Assembly (NCBI GenBank): GCA_964414595.1
Contig: CAYPXJ010000002.1
Location: 22,328 to 86,327, forward strand
Direction: 5' to 3'
DNA from: an uncultured Rickettsiales bacterium
GTDB lineage: Bacteria > Pseudomonadota > Alphaproteobacteria > Rickettsiales > CAIJLX01
DNA length: 64,000 bases
Both the position numbers and the translations under genes were made by a program. The notes under the pieces are model-generated. The model saw only the letters and a program-made list of their open reading frames with translations. It was not told the DNA's origin and did no database searches. How positions within the stretch are numbered: position 1 is the first letter of the stretch; every line of letters starts with the position of its first letter. Below are positions 29,312-39,471 of this stretch, in pieces.

Positions 29312-30292
29312 ATGCTTATGTATGCACAGCTTGAGTTAGAGCCAGATATTTCTACTCATAAGCACCGGCTTCTTGAAAAACTCCGGCGCGACTTAGGCAA
29401 CCCGCTACTTAACGCCCTCTCCGATCCCCACACCATCGAAATCATGCTGAACGCCGACGGCACACTCTGGCAGGAGTGTTTAGGCAAACGGATGCGCATG
29501 ATTGGAAAAATGCAGGCAAGCCGGGCCGAAGCGGTGATGCGCACCATCGCCACGTATCTTGATTCCACCATCACGCGGCAGAAACCGATGCTGGAGGGCG
29601 AACTTCCGCTCGACGGCTCGCGTTTCGCCGGGCAGATTCCGCCGATTGTTCATGCGCCGACTTTCGCCATACGCAAGCGGGCCAGCGCGATTTTCTTGCT
29701 CGGTAAATACGTGGCGGAAAAAATCATCACGGCGCAGCAGAAGGAAATCATTGTCCAGACCGTCCGTGATCACCGGAATATCCTCGTTATCGGCGGCACC
29801 GGCTCAGGCAAAACGACCCTGACCAACGCCATTATTCAGCAGATGGTCGAGGATAACGAGGACGAACGCATCTTTATCATTGAGGATACCGGTGAAATCC
29901 AGTGTTCGGCAAAGAATCTCGTGCAATATCACACGACGCTCGACATCAACATGCTGCAACTATTGCGGACGACGCTGCGTATGCGCCCCGACCGTATTCT
30001 GGTCGGCGAAGTGCGCGGGCCGGAAGCACTCGACCTGTTGATGGCGTGGAATACCGGACATGAAGGCGGCGTGGCGACTCTCCACGCCAATAACGCCAGG
30101 GCGGGACTTGATCGCCTGGCGATGCTCATCAGCATGAACCGCGATGCGCCCTCACCTATTGAGCCGCTGATCGGCGATGTGGTGCATCTCATCATCCATA
30201 TCGCCAAAACGCCGGAAGGCGGGCGCAAAGTGCAGGAAATTCTCGAAGTCTCAGGTTACGCGAACGGAAAATACAAAACACGAAAACTTTAA
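29312..30292 (+). CDS. trbB: TrbB, VirB11-family T4SS ATPase
   Basis: Walker [22 protein letters not shown], His box TLHANNA. The start is uncertain (TTG 29279, or ATG 29312/29318). The first ~55 nt are AT-rich, unlike the rest of the gene. Confidence 0.9.
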   Translation: MLMYAQLELEPDISTHKHRLLEKLRRDLGNPLLNALSDPHTIEIMLNADGTLWQECLGKRMRMIGKMQASRAEAVMRTIATYLDSTITRQKPMLEGELPLDGSRFAGQIPPIVHAPTFAIRKRASAIFLLGKYVAEKIITAQQKEIIVQTVRDHRNILVIGGTGSGKTTLTNAIIQQMVEDNEDERIFIIEDTGEIQCSAKNLVQYHTTLDINMLQLLRTTLRMRPDRILVGEVRGPEALDLLMAWNTGHEGGVATLHANNARAGLDRLAMLISMNRDAPSPIEPLIGDVVHLIIHIAKTPEGGRKVQEILEVSGYANGKYKTRKL

Positions 30293-30306
30293 CAAGGGAG
30301 CGTCTT

Positions 30307-30654
30307 ATGCCGTATCGTCTTTTACTTCTGCTCGGATTATTTACCATCATCATCTTCGCGGGAAGCGACGCTATCGCGGGAACGGCGACGGGCGGCTCAC
30401 TCCCTTATGAAAGCTGGCTTACCGGCTTACGGAACAGCGTCACCGGCCCTGTCGCGTTCACGCTCTCCATCGTCGGGATCATCGTGGCCGGTGGCGTTCT
30501 GATTTTCGGCGGCGATTTAAACGGCTTCTTCCGCACGCTGATTTTCATTGTGCTGGTGATGGCGCTTCTGGTTGGCGCGCAGAACATGATGAGCACGTTC
30601 TTCGGCAGCGCCGCCGTTATCTCTTCGGTTAGCGAACCTGTACGCATCGGCTGA
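30307..30654 (+). CDS. trbC: TrbC, VirB2-type pilin precursor
   Basis: Signal peptide, then [38 protein letters not shown], typical of TrbC/VirB2. Confidence 0.88.
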   Translation: MPYRLLLLLGLFTIIIFAGSDAIAGTATGGSLPYESWLTGLRNSVTGPVAFTLSIVGIIVAGGVLIFGGDLNGFFRTLIFIVLVMALLVGAQNMMSTFFGSAAVISSVSEPVRIG

Positions 30655-30965
30655 TGTCGCTGCGCACGATACCGATTCGCCGCGCCGGAAACCGCCCCAA
30701 TCTTTTCATGGGCGGCGACCGGGAAATGGTGATGTTCTCCGGCTTGCTGGCAGGCGCGCTGATATTTTCCGCGCAGGAATGGAAGGCGTCCCTTTTTGGG
30801 ACAATCCTCTGGTTCACCTCTCTTTACCTGCTGCGGCTGATGGCGAAATCCGATCCGCAGATGCGCGCGGTCTATATACGTCACCGGCGTTATAAAACCT
30901 ACTACCCGCCGCGCGCGACGCCGTTCCGGGAAAACTCCAACGCGCAAGGGAGCCGTTACAAATGA
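30654..30965 (+). CDS. trbD: TrbD, VirB3-like
   Basis: IRRAGNRPNLFMGGDREMV motif. 103 aa. 1-nt and 4-nt overlaps with its neighbours. Confidence 0.88.
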   Translation: MSLRTIPIRRAGNRPNLFMGGDREMVMFSGLLAGALIFSAQEWKASLFGTILWFTSLYLLRLMAKSDPQMRAVYIRHRRYKTYYPPRATPFRENSNAQGSRYK

Positions 30966-33517
30966 TAACCTTCCTTGCCTGTCTTATCGCAGTTTCCGGC
31001 ACCGCGTTGCTGGCGATGCTGGCGGCAAGGCTTTGGGAAATGGAAAAAGACAAGCGTCTTGCCAAACATCGGGCAAAAGACGCGGGCATGGCCGACCTGC
31101 TCAATTATGCCGCCGCCGTGGACGATGGCGTTATCGTCGGTAAAAACGGCGCACTGCTGGCCGCCTGGCTCTATCAGGGCGAAGACAACGCCAGCAGCAC
31201 CGACGAACAACGCGAAATCATTTCCTACCGCATCAATCAGGCGCTCGCCGGTTTAGGTAACGGCTGGATGCTGCATATCGACGCCGTGCGCCGCGACGCA
31301 CCCAATTACAGCGACCCCGGACTTTCGCATTTTCCCGATACCGTCACCCAGGCGATAGACGAAGAACGCCGCCGCTATTTCAATAATCTCGGCACATTGT
31401 ATGAGGGGTTCTTTGTGCTGACGGTGACGTATTTCCCGCCGATTCTCATTCAGACCAAATTCATCGAAATGATGTTTGATGACGAAACCGAAACGGCGGA
31501 CAAAAAATCGCGGACGCTGCATCTGCTCGATTACTTCAGGCAGGAGGTAAACAATATCGAAACGCGGCTTTCCACTGCGTTCAGAATGGAACGGCTGCGC
31601 GGCAGAAAAGTCGTCACCGAAGAAGGCGCGATGCAGACCGAGGACGATTTCCTGCGCTATCTGCAATTCTGCGTCACCGGCCTCAATCATCCGGTATTGC
31701 TGCCTTCCAGCCCCGTTTATCTCGATGCGCTGATCGGCGGGCAGGAACTCTGGGGCGGCGTCATCCCGAAAATCGGCCGCAAATTCATTCAGACGGTTTC
31801 CATCGACGGCCTGCCGCTGGAATCCTATCCGGGGATTCTTTCCCAACTGGCGGAACTGCCGGTGGAATATCGCTGGAACACGCGCTTTATCTTCATGGAT
31901 ACGCACGAAGCGGTCAGTCATCTCGAAAAATTCCGCAAGAAATGGCGGCAGAAAATCCGTGGATTCTTCGATCAGGTCTTCAATACCAACAGCGGCCCCA
32001 TCGATCAGGACGCCGCCGCGATGGTGGCCGACGCCGAAGCGGCGATTGCCGACGTCAACAGCGGCATGACGGTGGCGGGATATTACACCAGCGTCGTCGT
32101 TCTCATGGATGAAAACCGGCTCAAGCTGGAAGCCGCTTCCAAACAGATAGAGAAAGCGCTGCATAGTCTCGGTTTCGGCGCGCGCATCGAAACCATCAAC
32201 ACGATGGAAGCCTATCTGGGCAGTCTGCCGGGTCACGGCGTGGAAAATGTCCGCCGCCCGATTCTCAACGCGATGAATCTGGCGGACTTGCTGCCGACCA
32301 GTTCCATCTGGACGGGCGAGAACACCGCGCCCTGCCCTTTCTATCCGCCTTCCTCGCCGCCGCTTCTGCATTGCGTCACGACCGGCCACACGCCCTTCCG
32401 CCTTAATCTGCATGTGCGCGACCTCGGCCATACCATCCTGTTCGGGCCGACAGGCAACGGAAAATCCACGCATCTGGCGCTGCTGGCTTCCCAGCTTCGG
32501 CGCTATCCCGGTATGAGTATTTTCGCGTTCGACAAAGGTATGTCACTTTACCCGCTGACCAAAGCGACCGGCGGCAAACATCATACGGTCGCAGGCGATA
32601 GCGAAGCGCTTTCCTTCTGCCCCCTGCAATTTCTGGAAACTCCCGGCGATCGCGCCTGGGCAATGGAATGGATCGATACGATGCTTGCACTTAACGGGCT
32701 GAATTCATCGCCCGCCCAGCGCAACGAAATCGGCAGCGCGATTCTCAACATGCACGAGACACATTCGCGCAGCCTGACCGAATTTGCTTCCAGTATTCAG
32801 GATAAATCCATCCGCGAGGCGCTCAAGCAATATACGGTCGAAGGTTCCATGGGTCACTTGCTCGACGCCGAATCGGACGGGCTGGCGCTCAGCAATTTTA
32901 TGACGTTCGAGATCGAAGAACTGATGGGCCTCGGAGAAAAATACGCACTGCCGGTGCTGCTTTACCTGTTCCGCCGCATCGAACGGTCACTGCGCGGGCA
33001 ACCGGCGGCTATCATTCTCGATGAAGCCTGGCTGATGCTGGGCCACGAAGCTTTCCGCGAAAAAATCCGCGAATGGCTGAAAGCGCTGCGCAAAGCGAAT
33101 TGCATGGTCATCATGGCGACGCAAAGCCTTACCGATGCGTCCCGTTCCGGTATTCTCGATGTGATTGTCGAATCGACGGCGACGAAAATCTTTCTGCCGA
33201 ACGTGTTTGCGCGGGATGAAGATACGGCGGTGCTTTACCGCCGTATGGGACTCAATAACCGGCAAATCGACATTATCGCCGCTTCCACACCGAAGCGTCA
33301 TTACTATTACGTTTCGGAAAAAGGACGCCGTCTTTACGACCTGGCGCTCGGCCCCCTGGCGCTGGCGTTCGTCGGCGCATCGGACAAGGAATCCATCGCG
33401 TCGATGCAGGCGCTGGAAGCCAAACACGGGCGGCGATGGGTCAGCGAATGGCTGAAAGCGCGTAACCTGAACCTGCGGGATTACGTCGAAGACGCCGTAG
33501 AGGAGATGGCGGCATGA
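30962..33517 (+). CDS. trbE: TrbE, VirB4-family ATPase
   Basis: 851 aa. Walker A GPTGNGKST and Walker B AIILDEAW. Confidence 0.93.
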   Translation: MITFLACLIAVSGTALLAMLAARLWEMEKDKRLAKHRAKDAGMADLLNYAAAVDDGVIVGKNGALLAAWLYQGEDNASSTDEQREIISYRINQALAGLGNGWMLHIDAVRRDAPNYSDPGLSHFPDTVTQAIDEERRRYFNNLGTLYEGFFVLTVTYFPPILIQTKFIEMMFDDETETADKKSRTLHLLDYFRQEVNNIETRLSTAFRMERLRGRKVVTEEGAMQTEDDFLRYLQFCVTGLNHPVLLPSSPVYLDALIGGQELWGGVIPKIGRKFIQTVSIDGLPLESYPGILSQLAELPVEYRWNTRFIFMDTHEAVSHLEKFRKKWRQKIRGFFDQVFNTNSGPIDQDAAAMVADAEAAIADVNSGMTVAGYYTSVVVLMDENRLKLEAASKQIEKALHSLGFGARIETINTMEAYLGSLPGHGVENVRRPILNAMNLADLLPTSSIWTGENTAPCPFYPPSSPPLLHCVTTGHTPFRLNLHVRDLGHTILFGPTGNGKSTHLALLASQLRRYPGMSIFAFDKGMSLYPLTKATGGKHHTVAGDSEALSFCPLQFLETPGDRAWAMEWIDTMLALNGLNSSPAQRNEIGSAILNMHETHSRSLTEFASSIQDKSIREALKQYTVEGSMGHLLDAESDGLALSNFMTFEIEELMGLGEKYALPVLLYLFRRIERSLRGQPAAIILDEAWLMLGHEAFREKIREWLKALRKANCMVIMATQSLTDASRSGILDVIVESTATKIFLPNVFARDEDTAVLYRRMGLNNRQIDIIAASTPKRHYYYVSEKGRRLYDLALGPLALAFVGASDKESIASMQALEAKHGRRWVSEWLKARNLNLRDYVEDAVEEMAA

Positions 33518-34209
33518 AGAAGCAAGCCAAATCCGCAGCGGTTTCAACGAATCCCTACCTGAACGCGCGCAAAATCTGGAATGACCACACCAGAGGAATT
33601 CTAAACAACATGCGCCTCTGGCAAGGTATCGCGTTGCTCTCGCTGATGATCACGCTGGCCGCCGTCGGCGGGATGATTCATTACGCCAGCCAATCCAAAT
33701 TCGTTCCTTACGTCGTCGAAGTCGATAAACTAGGCCAGACGATGGCAGTCGCACCGGCGCAGAAAGCCGCGCCGGTCGATCGACGGATTATTCAGGCGAG
33801 TCTCGCCGCATTTGTCAGCAATGCACGGCTGGTTACACCCGACATTGCCCTGCAAAGAAAAGCGATATTCAGTGTGTACGCCATGTTGAAAGGCGGCGAT
33901 CCGGCTGTTTCCAAAATGACTTCCTGGCTGAACGGCAACGAGGACAACAATCCTTTCCACCGCGCCGCAAAGGAAACAGTGGAAACCGAAATCGTTTCGG
34001 TGATTCCGCAATCTACCGACACATGGCAAATCGAATGGAATGAAAAAGTGTTTGATCGTCAGGGCGCGCCGGTACGTCCGCCCTACCGCATGAAAGCGCT
34101 GGCAACGGTGACTATCGTGCCCCCGGACGACGGCACTTCCGAAGAAACGTTACGGCAGAACCCGCTCGGCGTGTATGTGCGGGATTTCAGCTGGTCGAAA
34201 CAAAACTGA
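33514..34209 (+). CDS. trbF: TrbF, VirB8-like
   Basis: NPYLNARKIWNDH N-terminus, a single TM and a periplasmic domain. Position matches RP4 order. Confidence 0.85.
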   Translation: MKKQAKSAAVSTNPYLNARKIWNDHTRGILNNMRLWQGIALLSLMITLAAVGGMIHYASQSKFVPYVVEVDKLGQTMAVAPAQKAAPVDRRIIQASLAAFVSNARLVTPDIALQRKAIFSVYAMLKGGDPAVSKMTSWLNGNEDNNPFHRAAKETVETEIVSVIPQSTDTWQIEWNEKVFDRQGAPVRPPYRMKALATVTIVPPDDGTSEETLRQNPLGVYVRDFSWSKQN

Positions 34210-34220
34210 CAGGAGCCTGT

Positions 34221-35105
34221 ATGAAAATCCTTCTTTCTCTGTTTATTCTATTAGTGCCGCTGGCCGCCTATTCCGGCTCGGATCATTTCGACGACCAGTA
34301 TTTCTCGGACGACGAACTGGACTACACGCCGCAGGAAGAGGCCGGGCTTGCTATCGGCAAAAACTGGAAGGCCGCGGACGGCAAAGGGCTGAAACCCAGC
34401 CCCGGCCCCGACGGCTCGGTCAGTTTCGTCTTCGGCGCGTCACAACCAAGCGTCATCTGCGCAGTTATGCAGGTCTGCGACATTGAATTACAGGCGGGCG
34501 AGCAGGTCAATTCCATCCATATCGGCGACAGCGCGCGCTGGACGGTGGAACCGGCTATCACCGGTATTACCGGAAATCAAATCCAGCATCTCATCATCAA
34601 ACCGATGGATGTGGGGCTGAATACGTCGCTGATCGTCACGACCGACCGCCGCACCTATCACCTGCGCCTGCGCTCGACGAAAAACGACTACATGCCGCGC
34701 ATAACGTTTGTGTACGCGGACGAAGCGATGAAGCAAATCAACGAAGCGAGGGCGGCGCAGAAGCAGGAATATGAGCGAAAAATCATCCCCGAAACCGGCG
34801 AATATCTGGGCAACCTCGATTTCAAATACCGCGTGGAGGGCAATACAAGCTGGAAGCCCGTGCGCGTCTATAACGACGGGGAAAAAACCATTCTCGAAAT
34901 GCCGACTTCAATGGTGGGCCGCGAAGCGCCCACCTTGCTCGTCGTGCGCAGGGAAGGCGATATTTTTAGCGACGACGAACAGGTCATGGTCAATTATCGC
35001 GTACAGAATAACCGCTATATCGTCGATAGTTTGTTCGATAAGGCAATTCTCATTGCCGGTGTAGGGCAACATCAGGATCGCGTCACGATTACGAGGGAAC
35101 AATGA
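34221..35105 (+). CDS. trbG: TrbG, VirB9-like
   Basis: Signal peptide, then DSARWTVEP...RTYHLRLRS and the C-terminal VirB9 region. Confidence 0.88.
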   Translation: MKILLSLFILLVPLAAYSGSDHFDDQYFSDDELDYTPQEEAGLAIGKNWKAADGKGLKPSPGPDGSVSFVFGASQPSVICAVMQVCDIELQAGEQVNSIHIGDSARWTVEPAITGITGNQIQHLIIKPMDVGLNTSLIVTTDRRTYHLRLRSTKNDYMPRITFVYADEAMKQINEARAAQKQEYERKIIPETGEYLGNLDFKYRVEGNTSWKPVRVYNDGEKTILEMPTSMVGREAPTLLVVRREGDIFSDDEQVMVNYRVQNNRYIVDSLFDKAILIAGVGQHQDRVTITREQ

Positions 35106-35641
35106 TGCAGAAATTCCTCACCGCGATATTCACGCTCGCTTCGCTCACCGCCTGCGTTTCTCATTACGGAAATTACGCGGCGATACCCGAAGAATATAAT
35201 GCACAACTGGCGGCGGACAGCGCCAACGAACTCGTGACGCTTTACCCGCCCGCTTCCACGCAGCTTGTGCTCGTACAATCCGCCGAAGACCCTTACGGCA
35301 CGGAACTCATAGGCCGCCTGCGCGAGCAAGGTTACGCGGTGAAAGAGGCGAGCCAATTCAGTTTTCGTGCATCGCCGCCGCCTTATTGCCCTTCTACGAA
35401 CGGCGCACATAGCTTGTCGCCGCGCGATAAATATAAACCCGTAACGCTCACCCTGCCGCCGGCAGAAGAAAAAGAAACCGTGCCTGTTTCAAATTCGGAC
35501 ACATCGTTCGGCTACGTGGTCGATCAGGTCGATGAATTCTACCGCGTCAAACTCACGGTCGGCTCGAGAATCCTGAGCCGCATGTATGAAATTTCCGGCA
35601 CCGGCGTTCATCCCGCCGGTTACTGGACACAAATGGAGTAA
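35102..35641 (+). CDS. trbH: TrbH-like lipoprotein (VirB7 functional analogue)
   Basis: Lipobox ASLTAC. Lies between trbG and trbI, as in RP4. Confidence 0.7.
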   Translation: MMQKFLTAIFTLASLTACVSHYGNYAAIPEEYNAQLAADSANELVTLYPPASTQLVLVQSAEDPYGTELIGRLREQGYAVKEASQFSFRASPPPYCPSTNGAHSLSPRDKYKPVTLTLPPAEEKETVPVSNSDTSFGYVVDQVDEFYRVKLTVGSRILSRMYEISGTGVHPAGYWTQME

Positions 35642-35643
35642 CC

Positions 35644-36909
35644 ATGCCGGAAAATCCCGAAACCGTTTCCAGACATTCCGGCGTAAGGCGCGTCAATAAT
35701 CTGCCGATCTATCTTATCGGTGGGGCGATTGCGATGTTCCTGATTCTCATCATGCTGGTCGCTATCGACCGCGCCAAAACTTCGCAGGAAAATGCAGAAG
35801 CGACGCCGGAAACGCCGACCGATACGTCGCGGCTGGCGCAATCCATCGTCGGCGACAAGACAGGCGGCGTCATCCCTCCCGCAGATGCGCCGTCTTCTCT
35901 GCCTCCCGACCTGCCGGTTGTCCTGCCTGAAACACTGGATACCGAGCCTATGCCGGTCTATTTGCAGGAACCGGTGGAAACGACCGACCCGGAAAGCGAA
36001 CGTATCCGGCAGAATAAAATGCAGCGTTTTGAAAGCGCGGTTACGGCGAAAACCAATGTTCCCTTTGCCGAACCCAAACTCCGCGACGCCACCGACCGGC
36101 GTGCGCAGACTTTGCAGCGCATCGCCGATGCGAGGTTCCAGGTCGCCTCGGCACAGCAGAACGATGTCAACGCAGCGTTCAAAGCCCGGCTTGCCGAACT
36201 TCAGGGCGGCGATGCTCTTGATCTGATTTCCAACAGTCAGCGCAACGACATTACGCAGTTCGATACGAAGGAAGGAACGGATCGCTGGAAGCTGAATGCC
36301 CAGGTGGAAGCACCTGAATCGCCTTATACACTGCGGGCGGGTTTCGTTATCCCCGCCTCGCTTATTTCCGGTATCAATTCGGATTTACCCGGCCAGATTA
36401 TCGGTCAGGTCAGTCAGAACGTGTACGACACGGCGACCGGCAAATATCTCCTGATTCCACAAGGCTCGCGTCTCGTCGGCACTTATACGTCGGATGTGGC
36501 GTATGGGCAGTCCCGCGTGCTGGTCGCCTGGCAGCGCATCGTCTTTCCCGATGGAAAAGCGCTCGATATAGGCGCAATGCCGGGCGCAGACGAAGCGGGT
36601 TATGCCGGAATGAACGACAAGGTGAACAACCATTACTGGCGTCTCTTCGGCTCGGCGATTCTGATGTCCGGCATTACGGCAGGCGTTACGTTAAGCCAGA
36701 ATGATAACAACAGCGTGTTCGAGCAACAGTCGGCGCGGTCGGCGTTAAGCGAAGCGCTCGGCCAGCAACTCGGCACCGTCACCGCGCAGATGATCAGCAA
36801 GAATCTGAATATCTCGCCGACTTTGGAAATCCGCCCAGGCTTCCGATTCAACGTGATGTGCGTCAAAGACCTGGTGCTGCCAAAACCCTATGCCCTGTTC
36901 GATTACTGA
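35644..36909 (+). CDS. trbI: TrbI, VirB10-like
   Basis: N-terminal TM, Pro-rich linker, and C-terminal IPQGSRLVGTYTSDVAYGQSRV...RPGFRFNVMCVKDLVL. Confidence 0.9.
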   Translation: MPENPETVSRHSGVRRVNNLPIYLIGGAIAMFLILIMLVAIDRAKTSQENAEATPETPTDTSRLAQSIVGDKTGGVIPPADAPSSLPPDLPVVLPETLDTEPMPVYLQEPVETTDPESERIRQNKMQRFESAVTAKTNVPFAEPKLRDATDRRAQTLQRIADARFQVASAQQNDVNAAFKARLAELQGGDALDLISNSQRNDITQFDTKEGTDRWKLNAQVEAPESPYTLRAGFVIPASLISGINSDLPGQIIGQVSQNVYDTATGKYLLIPQGSRLVGTYTSDVAYGQSRVLVAWQRIVFPDGKALDIGAMPGADEAGYAGMNDKVNNHYWRLFGSAILMSGITAGVTLSQNDNNSVFEQQSARSALSEALGQQLGTVTAQMISKNLNISPTLEIRPGFRFNVMCVKDLVLPKPYALFDY

Positions 36910-36919
36910 AAGGCGCACC

Positions 36920-37690
36920 ATGAAACATCTCTCCGCCCTTTTTGCTTTTCTTATCGCGCTTTACTCCCCGCTGGCAGCCGCGCAGATAGCTACGATTGAC
37001 GTTTCCAACATCGCGCAGACGACTATCGCAGCGCAGGAAGCGCTGACGCAGACGGCGCGGCAGCTTGAGCAATACCAGACGCAGTTGCAGCAGTTGGAAA
37101 ACCAAATCCAGAATACGACAAATCCCAGCAATTTCCTCTGGGACGACGCCAATGCGACGATCAACAACGTGCTGGCGACGGTCAACGCTCTCAACGCTTA
37201 CGAAAATCAGGCGGGAAGTCTCTCCTCCTACTTAGGCAAATACTCCGGCGCAAGCCAGTATAAGACTTCCTCCTGCATCGGTAACGGCGGCTGCACCGGC
37301 ACAGATATTCAACAGCTTCTTGCCAGCCAATATACCGGCTCGGATTCCCAGAAAGTCGCCAACGACAATATGCTGCGCAATATCAAAGCGCAGCAACAGC
37401 AGTTGCAGAACGATGCGGCGAATCTGGCGACGCTGCAACAGCACGCGCAGAATTCGACGGGGCAGATGCAGGCATTGCAGGCGGCCAATCAGCTTGCCAG
37501 CAATCAGGCGGCGCAGCTGATGCAGATACGCGCGCTGATGATTGCGCAGCAGACCGCCGAAGCGATACGCGCAGAAACGCTGGTGGATCGTGAAGCACAG
37601 CAACGCGCGGCGTCCGATGCTTTTATCGGCACCGCGCCAACCGCCAGTCAACCTTACAACGTTCTCACATACACAGGAGCTTCCCAATGA
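36920..37690 (+). CDS. trbJ: TrbJ (VirB5-like, Gln-rich coiled coil)
   Basis: I prefer the start at MKHLSALFAF (ATG 36920), which has a signal peptide. AQIATIDVSNIAQTTIAAQEAL is typical of TrbJ. Confidence 0.85.
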   Translation: MKHLSALFAFLIALYSPLAAAQIATIDVSNIAQTTIAAQEALTQTARQLEQYQTQLQQLENQIQNTTNPSNFLWDDANATINNVLATVNALNAYENQAGSLSSYLGKYSGASQYKTSSCIGNGGCTGTDIQQLLASQYTGSDSQKVANDNMLRNIKAQQQQLQNDAANLATLQQHAQNSTGQMQALQAANQLASNQAAQLMQIRALMIAQQTAEAIRAETLVDREAQQRAASDAFIGTAPTASQPYNVLTYTGASQ

Positions 37691-37848
37691 TACGCAAGAT
37701 TCTATTAAGCCTGCTTGTTCTCTTCTCTCTCACCGCCTGCCCGTGGGACGATAAGAAGGAAAAACACGATGCGTTTGTCGGCGACGCGCCGGAAGAGAGC
37801 AAGCCATACAACATCATGGACTACACCAAACCCGCGCCCAAACCATGA
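37687..37848 (+). CDS. trbK: TrbK-like entry-exclusion lipoprotein (53 aa), absent from the ORF track
   Basis: MIRKILLSLLVLFSLTACPWDD with lipobox LTAC. ATGA overlaps at both ends (37687-37690 and 37845-37848). Occupies the RP4 trbK position. Confidence 0.65.
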   Translation: MIRKILLSLLVLFSLTACPWDDKKEKHDAFVGDAPEESKPYNIMDYTKPAPKP

Positions 37849-39158
37849 ACCAAGCGAAGAAATACGCTGCCGGATTTCTCTTCGCGCTTTCGCTGGTCGC
37901 CTGCGATGCGTTTGCGGCGGCTTCTTCCAGCAATATCCTCAATAACGTCACCGACCAGTTCTATACGCAAGCCTCCACCTGGGCAGGCATCATCACCGGA
38001 TACGCCACATGGATTTTCTGGGTGCTGGGCGCAATCAGCCTGGTATGGACGGGCGGCACGCTCATTCTCAAACGGGCAGACATCGGAGAATTCTTCGCCG
38101 AACTCATCCGCTTCTGTCTGTTCTTCGGCTTTTTCCTCTGGCTGTTGCAGAACGCCGCCCCTATCGGCACGGCGATTATCAATTCGCTGATTCAAATCGG
38201 GGCGAACGCGAGCGCATCCGGCGCGTCGAATCCTTCCGCCGTGATGGATATAGGCTTTCAGATTTTCTACAAGGTCATGCAGCAAACGAGCATATGGAGT
38301 CCGGTGGACAGTATGATCGGCATGTTGCTGGCGGGCATTATTCTCATCTGCATCGCGCTCATCGCCGCCAATATGACAATTCTGCTCTGCTCGGCGTGGA
38401 TTCTTCTCTATGCCGGGATATTTTTCCTCGGCTTCGGCGGCTCGCGCTGGACGTCGGATATTGCCCTTCACTACTACAAAACCCTGCTCGGTGTCGGGGT
38501 CAGCCTCATGGCGATGGTGCTGATGATCGGCATCGCCCAAAGCATCGTCACGAACTATTACAATCAAATGAGCGTCGGCCTCCAGGTCAGCGAAATCGCT
38601 ACGGTGATGGTCGTCGCGGTTATTCTGCTTCTGCTCATTCACCGCGTACCGGGGCTTATCTCCGGCGTCATCACCGGCGCTACTATCGGCCATTCGGGAA
38701 TCGGGACGTTCAGCGCTGGCGCCGCTCTCGGTGCCGCCAGCGTCGCTGCGGCTGTCGCCACCACTTCCGGCGCGATGACGCGCGCGGGTGCCAGCAACAT
38801 CAGCGGCGGCGGACAGGCGATGAAAGCCGCATTTCAAAGCGCCCAGCAGAATATGGCGATACGTGAAAACGCCGCCAACGGCTCCTCAAACGGCGGGCTG
38901 GCCTCGGCGATGGGAACCGGCAGACGGTTCGTCGCCGATATGGGAAAAAGTCTCGCAAGCAGCGCGGGCAATGTAATGAAGCAATCGGTGGGCGATAAAG
39001 CACAGGATACATTTCTCGGCAGAGTGGCAACACATATCAAACACGATATGGCGACCAAGGCGGACAGCGCACCCGCCGCGCCCGCCATGCCCAATGCTAT
39101 CGGCGGCAATTCCCCCAAAGATGAAATCGCGGCTTTCGTCAACAAACGGCCTAACTAA
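37845..39158 (+). CDS. trbL: TrbL, VirB6-like polytopic membrane protein
   Basis: 437 aa, several TM segments, Gly/Ala-rich C-terminal tail. Confidence 0.9.
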   Translation: MNQAKKYAAGFLFALSLVACDAFAAASSSNILNNVTDQFYTQASTWAGIITGYATWIFWVLGAISLVWTGGTLILKRADIGEFFAELIRFCLFFGFFLWLLQNAAPIGTAIINSLIQIGANASASGASNPSAVMDIGFQIFYKVMQQTSIWSPVDSMIGMLLAGIILICIALIAANMTILLCSAWILLYAGIFFLGFGGSRWTSDIALHYYKTLLGVGVSLMAMVLMIGIAQSIVTNYYNQMSVGLQVSEIATVMVVAVILLLLIHRVPGLISGVITGATIGHSGIGTFSAGAALGAASVAAAVATTSGAMTRAGASNISGGGQAMKAAFQSAQQNMAIRENAANGSSNGGLASAMGTGRRFVADMGKSLASSAGNVMKQSVGDKAQDTFLGRVATHIKHDMATKADSAPAAPAMPNAIGGNSPKDEIAAFVNKRPN

Positions 39159-39168
39159 AGGAGCATCT

Positions 39169-39471
39169 ATGAAAATCTTTCGCGTCGCCTTCCTTTCTCT
39201 CGTTCTGACTTTTGCCGTGGGCGCAGCCAATGCCGAACCGTGCGAAACCCTGCTCTGCATGGCCGGAAAACTTCACGGACAAAGTGGCGGTTCTTCCTGC
39301 AACGGGCCGATTAAGGATTATTTCAACATCATCAAATTCAAGAAACACGGGAAATTCAGCCCCAGCGCGACCGCTGCCGCACGTCTCAGCTTCCTAAACC
39401 GCTGCCCTGCGCCGGGCATAGGCGATCTACCGTCGCAGATTAACGCGGTGTATGGAACGCTGCTGTTGTAA
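39169..39471 (+). CDS. trbM: TrbM/KikA-like periplasmic protein
   Basis: I prefer the start at MKIFRVAFLSLVLTFAVGAANA (AAAGGAG 8 nt upstream). Cys pattern EPCETLLCMAG...C...RCP. Confidence 0.6.
   Translation: MKIFRVAFLSLVLTFAVGAANAEPCETLLCMAGKLHGQSGGSSCNGPIKDYFNIIKFKKHGKFSPSATAAARLSFLNRCPAPGIGDLPSQINAVYGTLLL

Noticed and set aside
31253-32473. 406-aa ORF antisense to trbE
   Set aside because: It lies wholly inside the strongly supported VirB4-family gene in 58%-GC DNA. Its Arg/Gly/Ala-rich low-complexity translation is typical of stop-poor antisense frames.
37821-38866. 338-aa antisense ORF and 285-aa alternative-frame ORF over trbL
   Set aside because: Both overlap the TrbL membrane-protein gene. 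Their translations are Arg/His/Gly-rich with no motifs. They are GC-driven artefacts.
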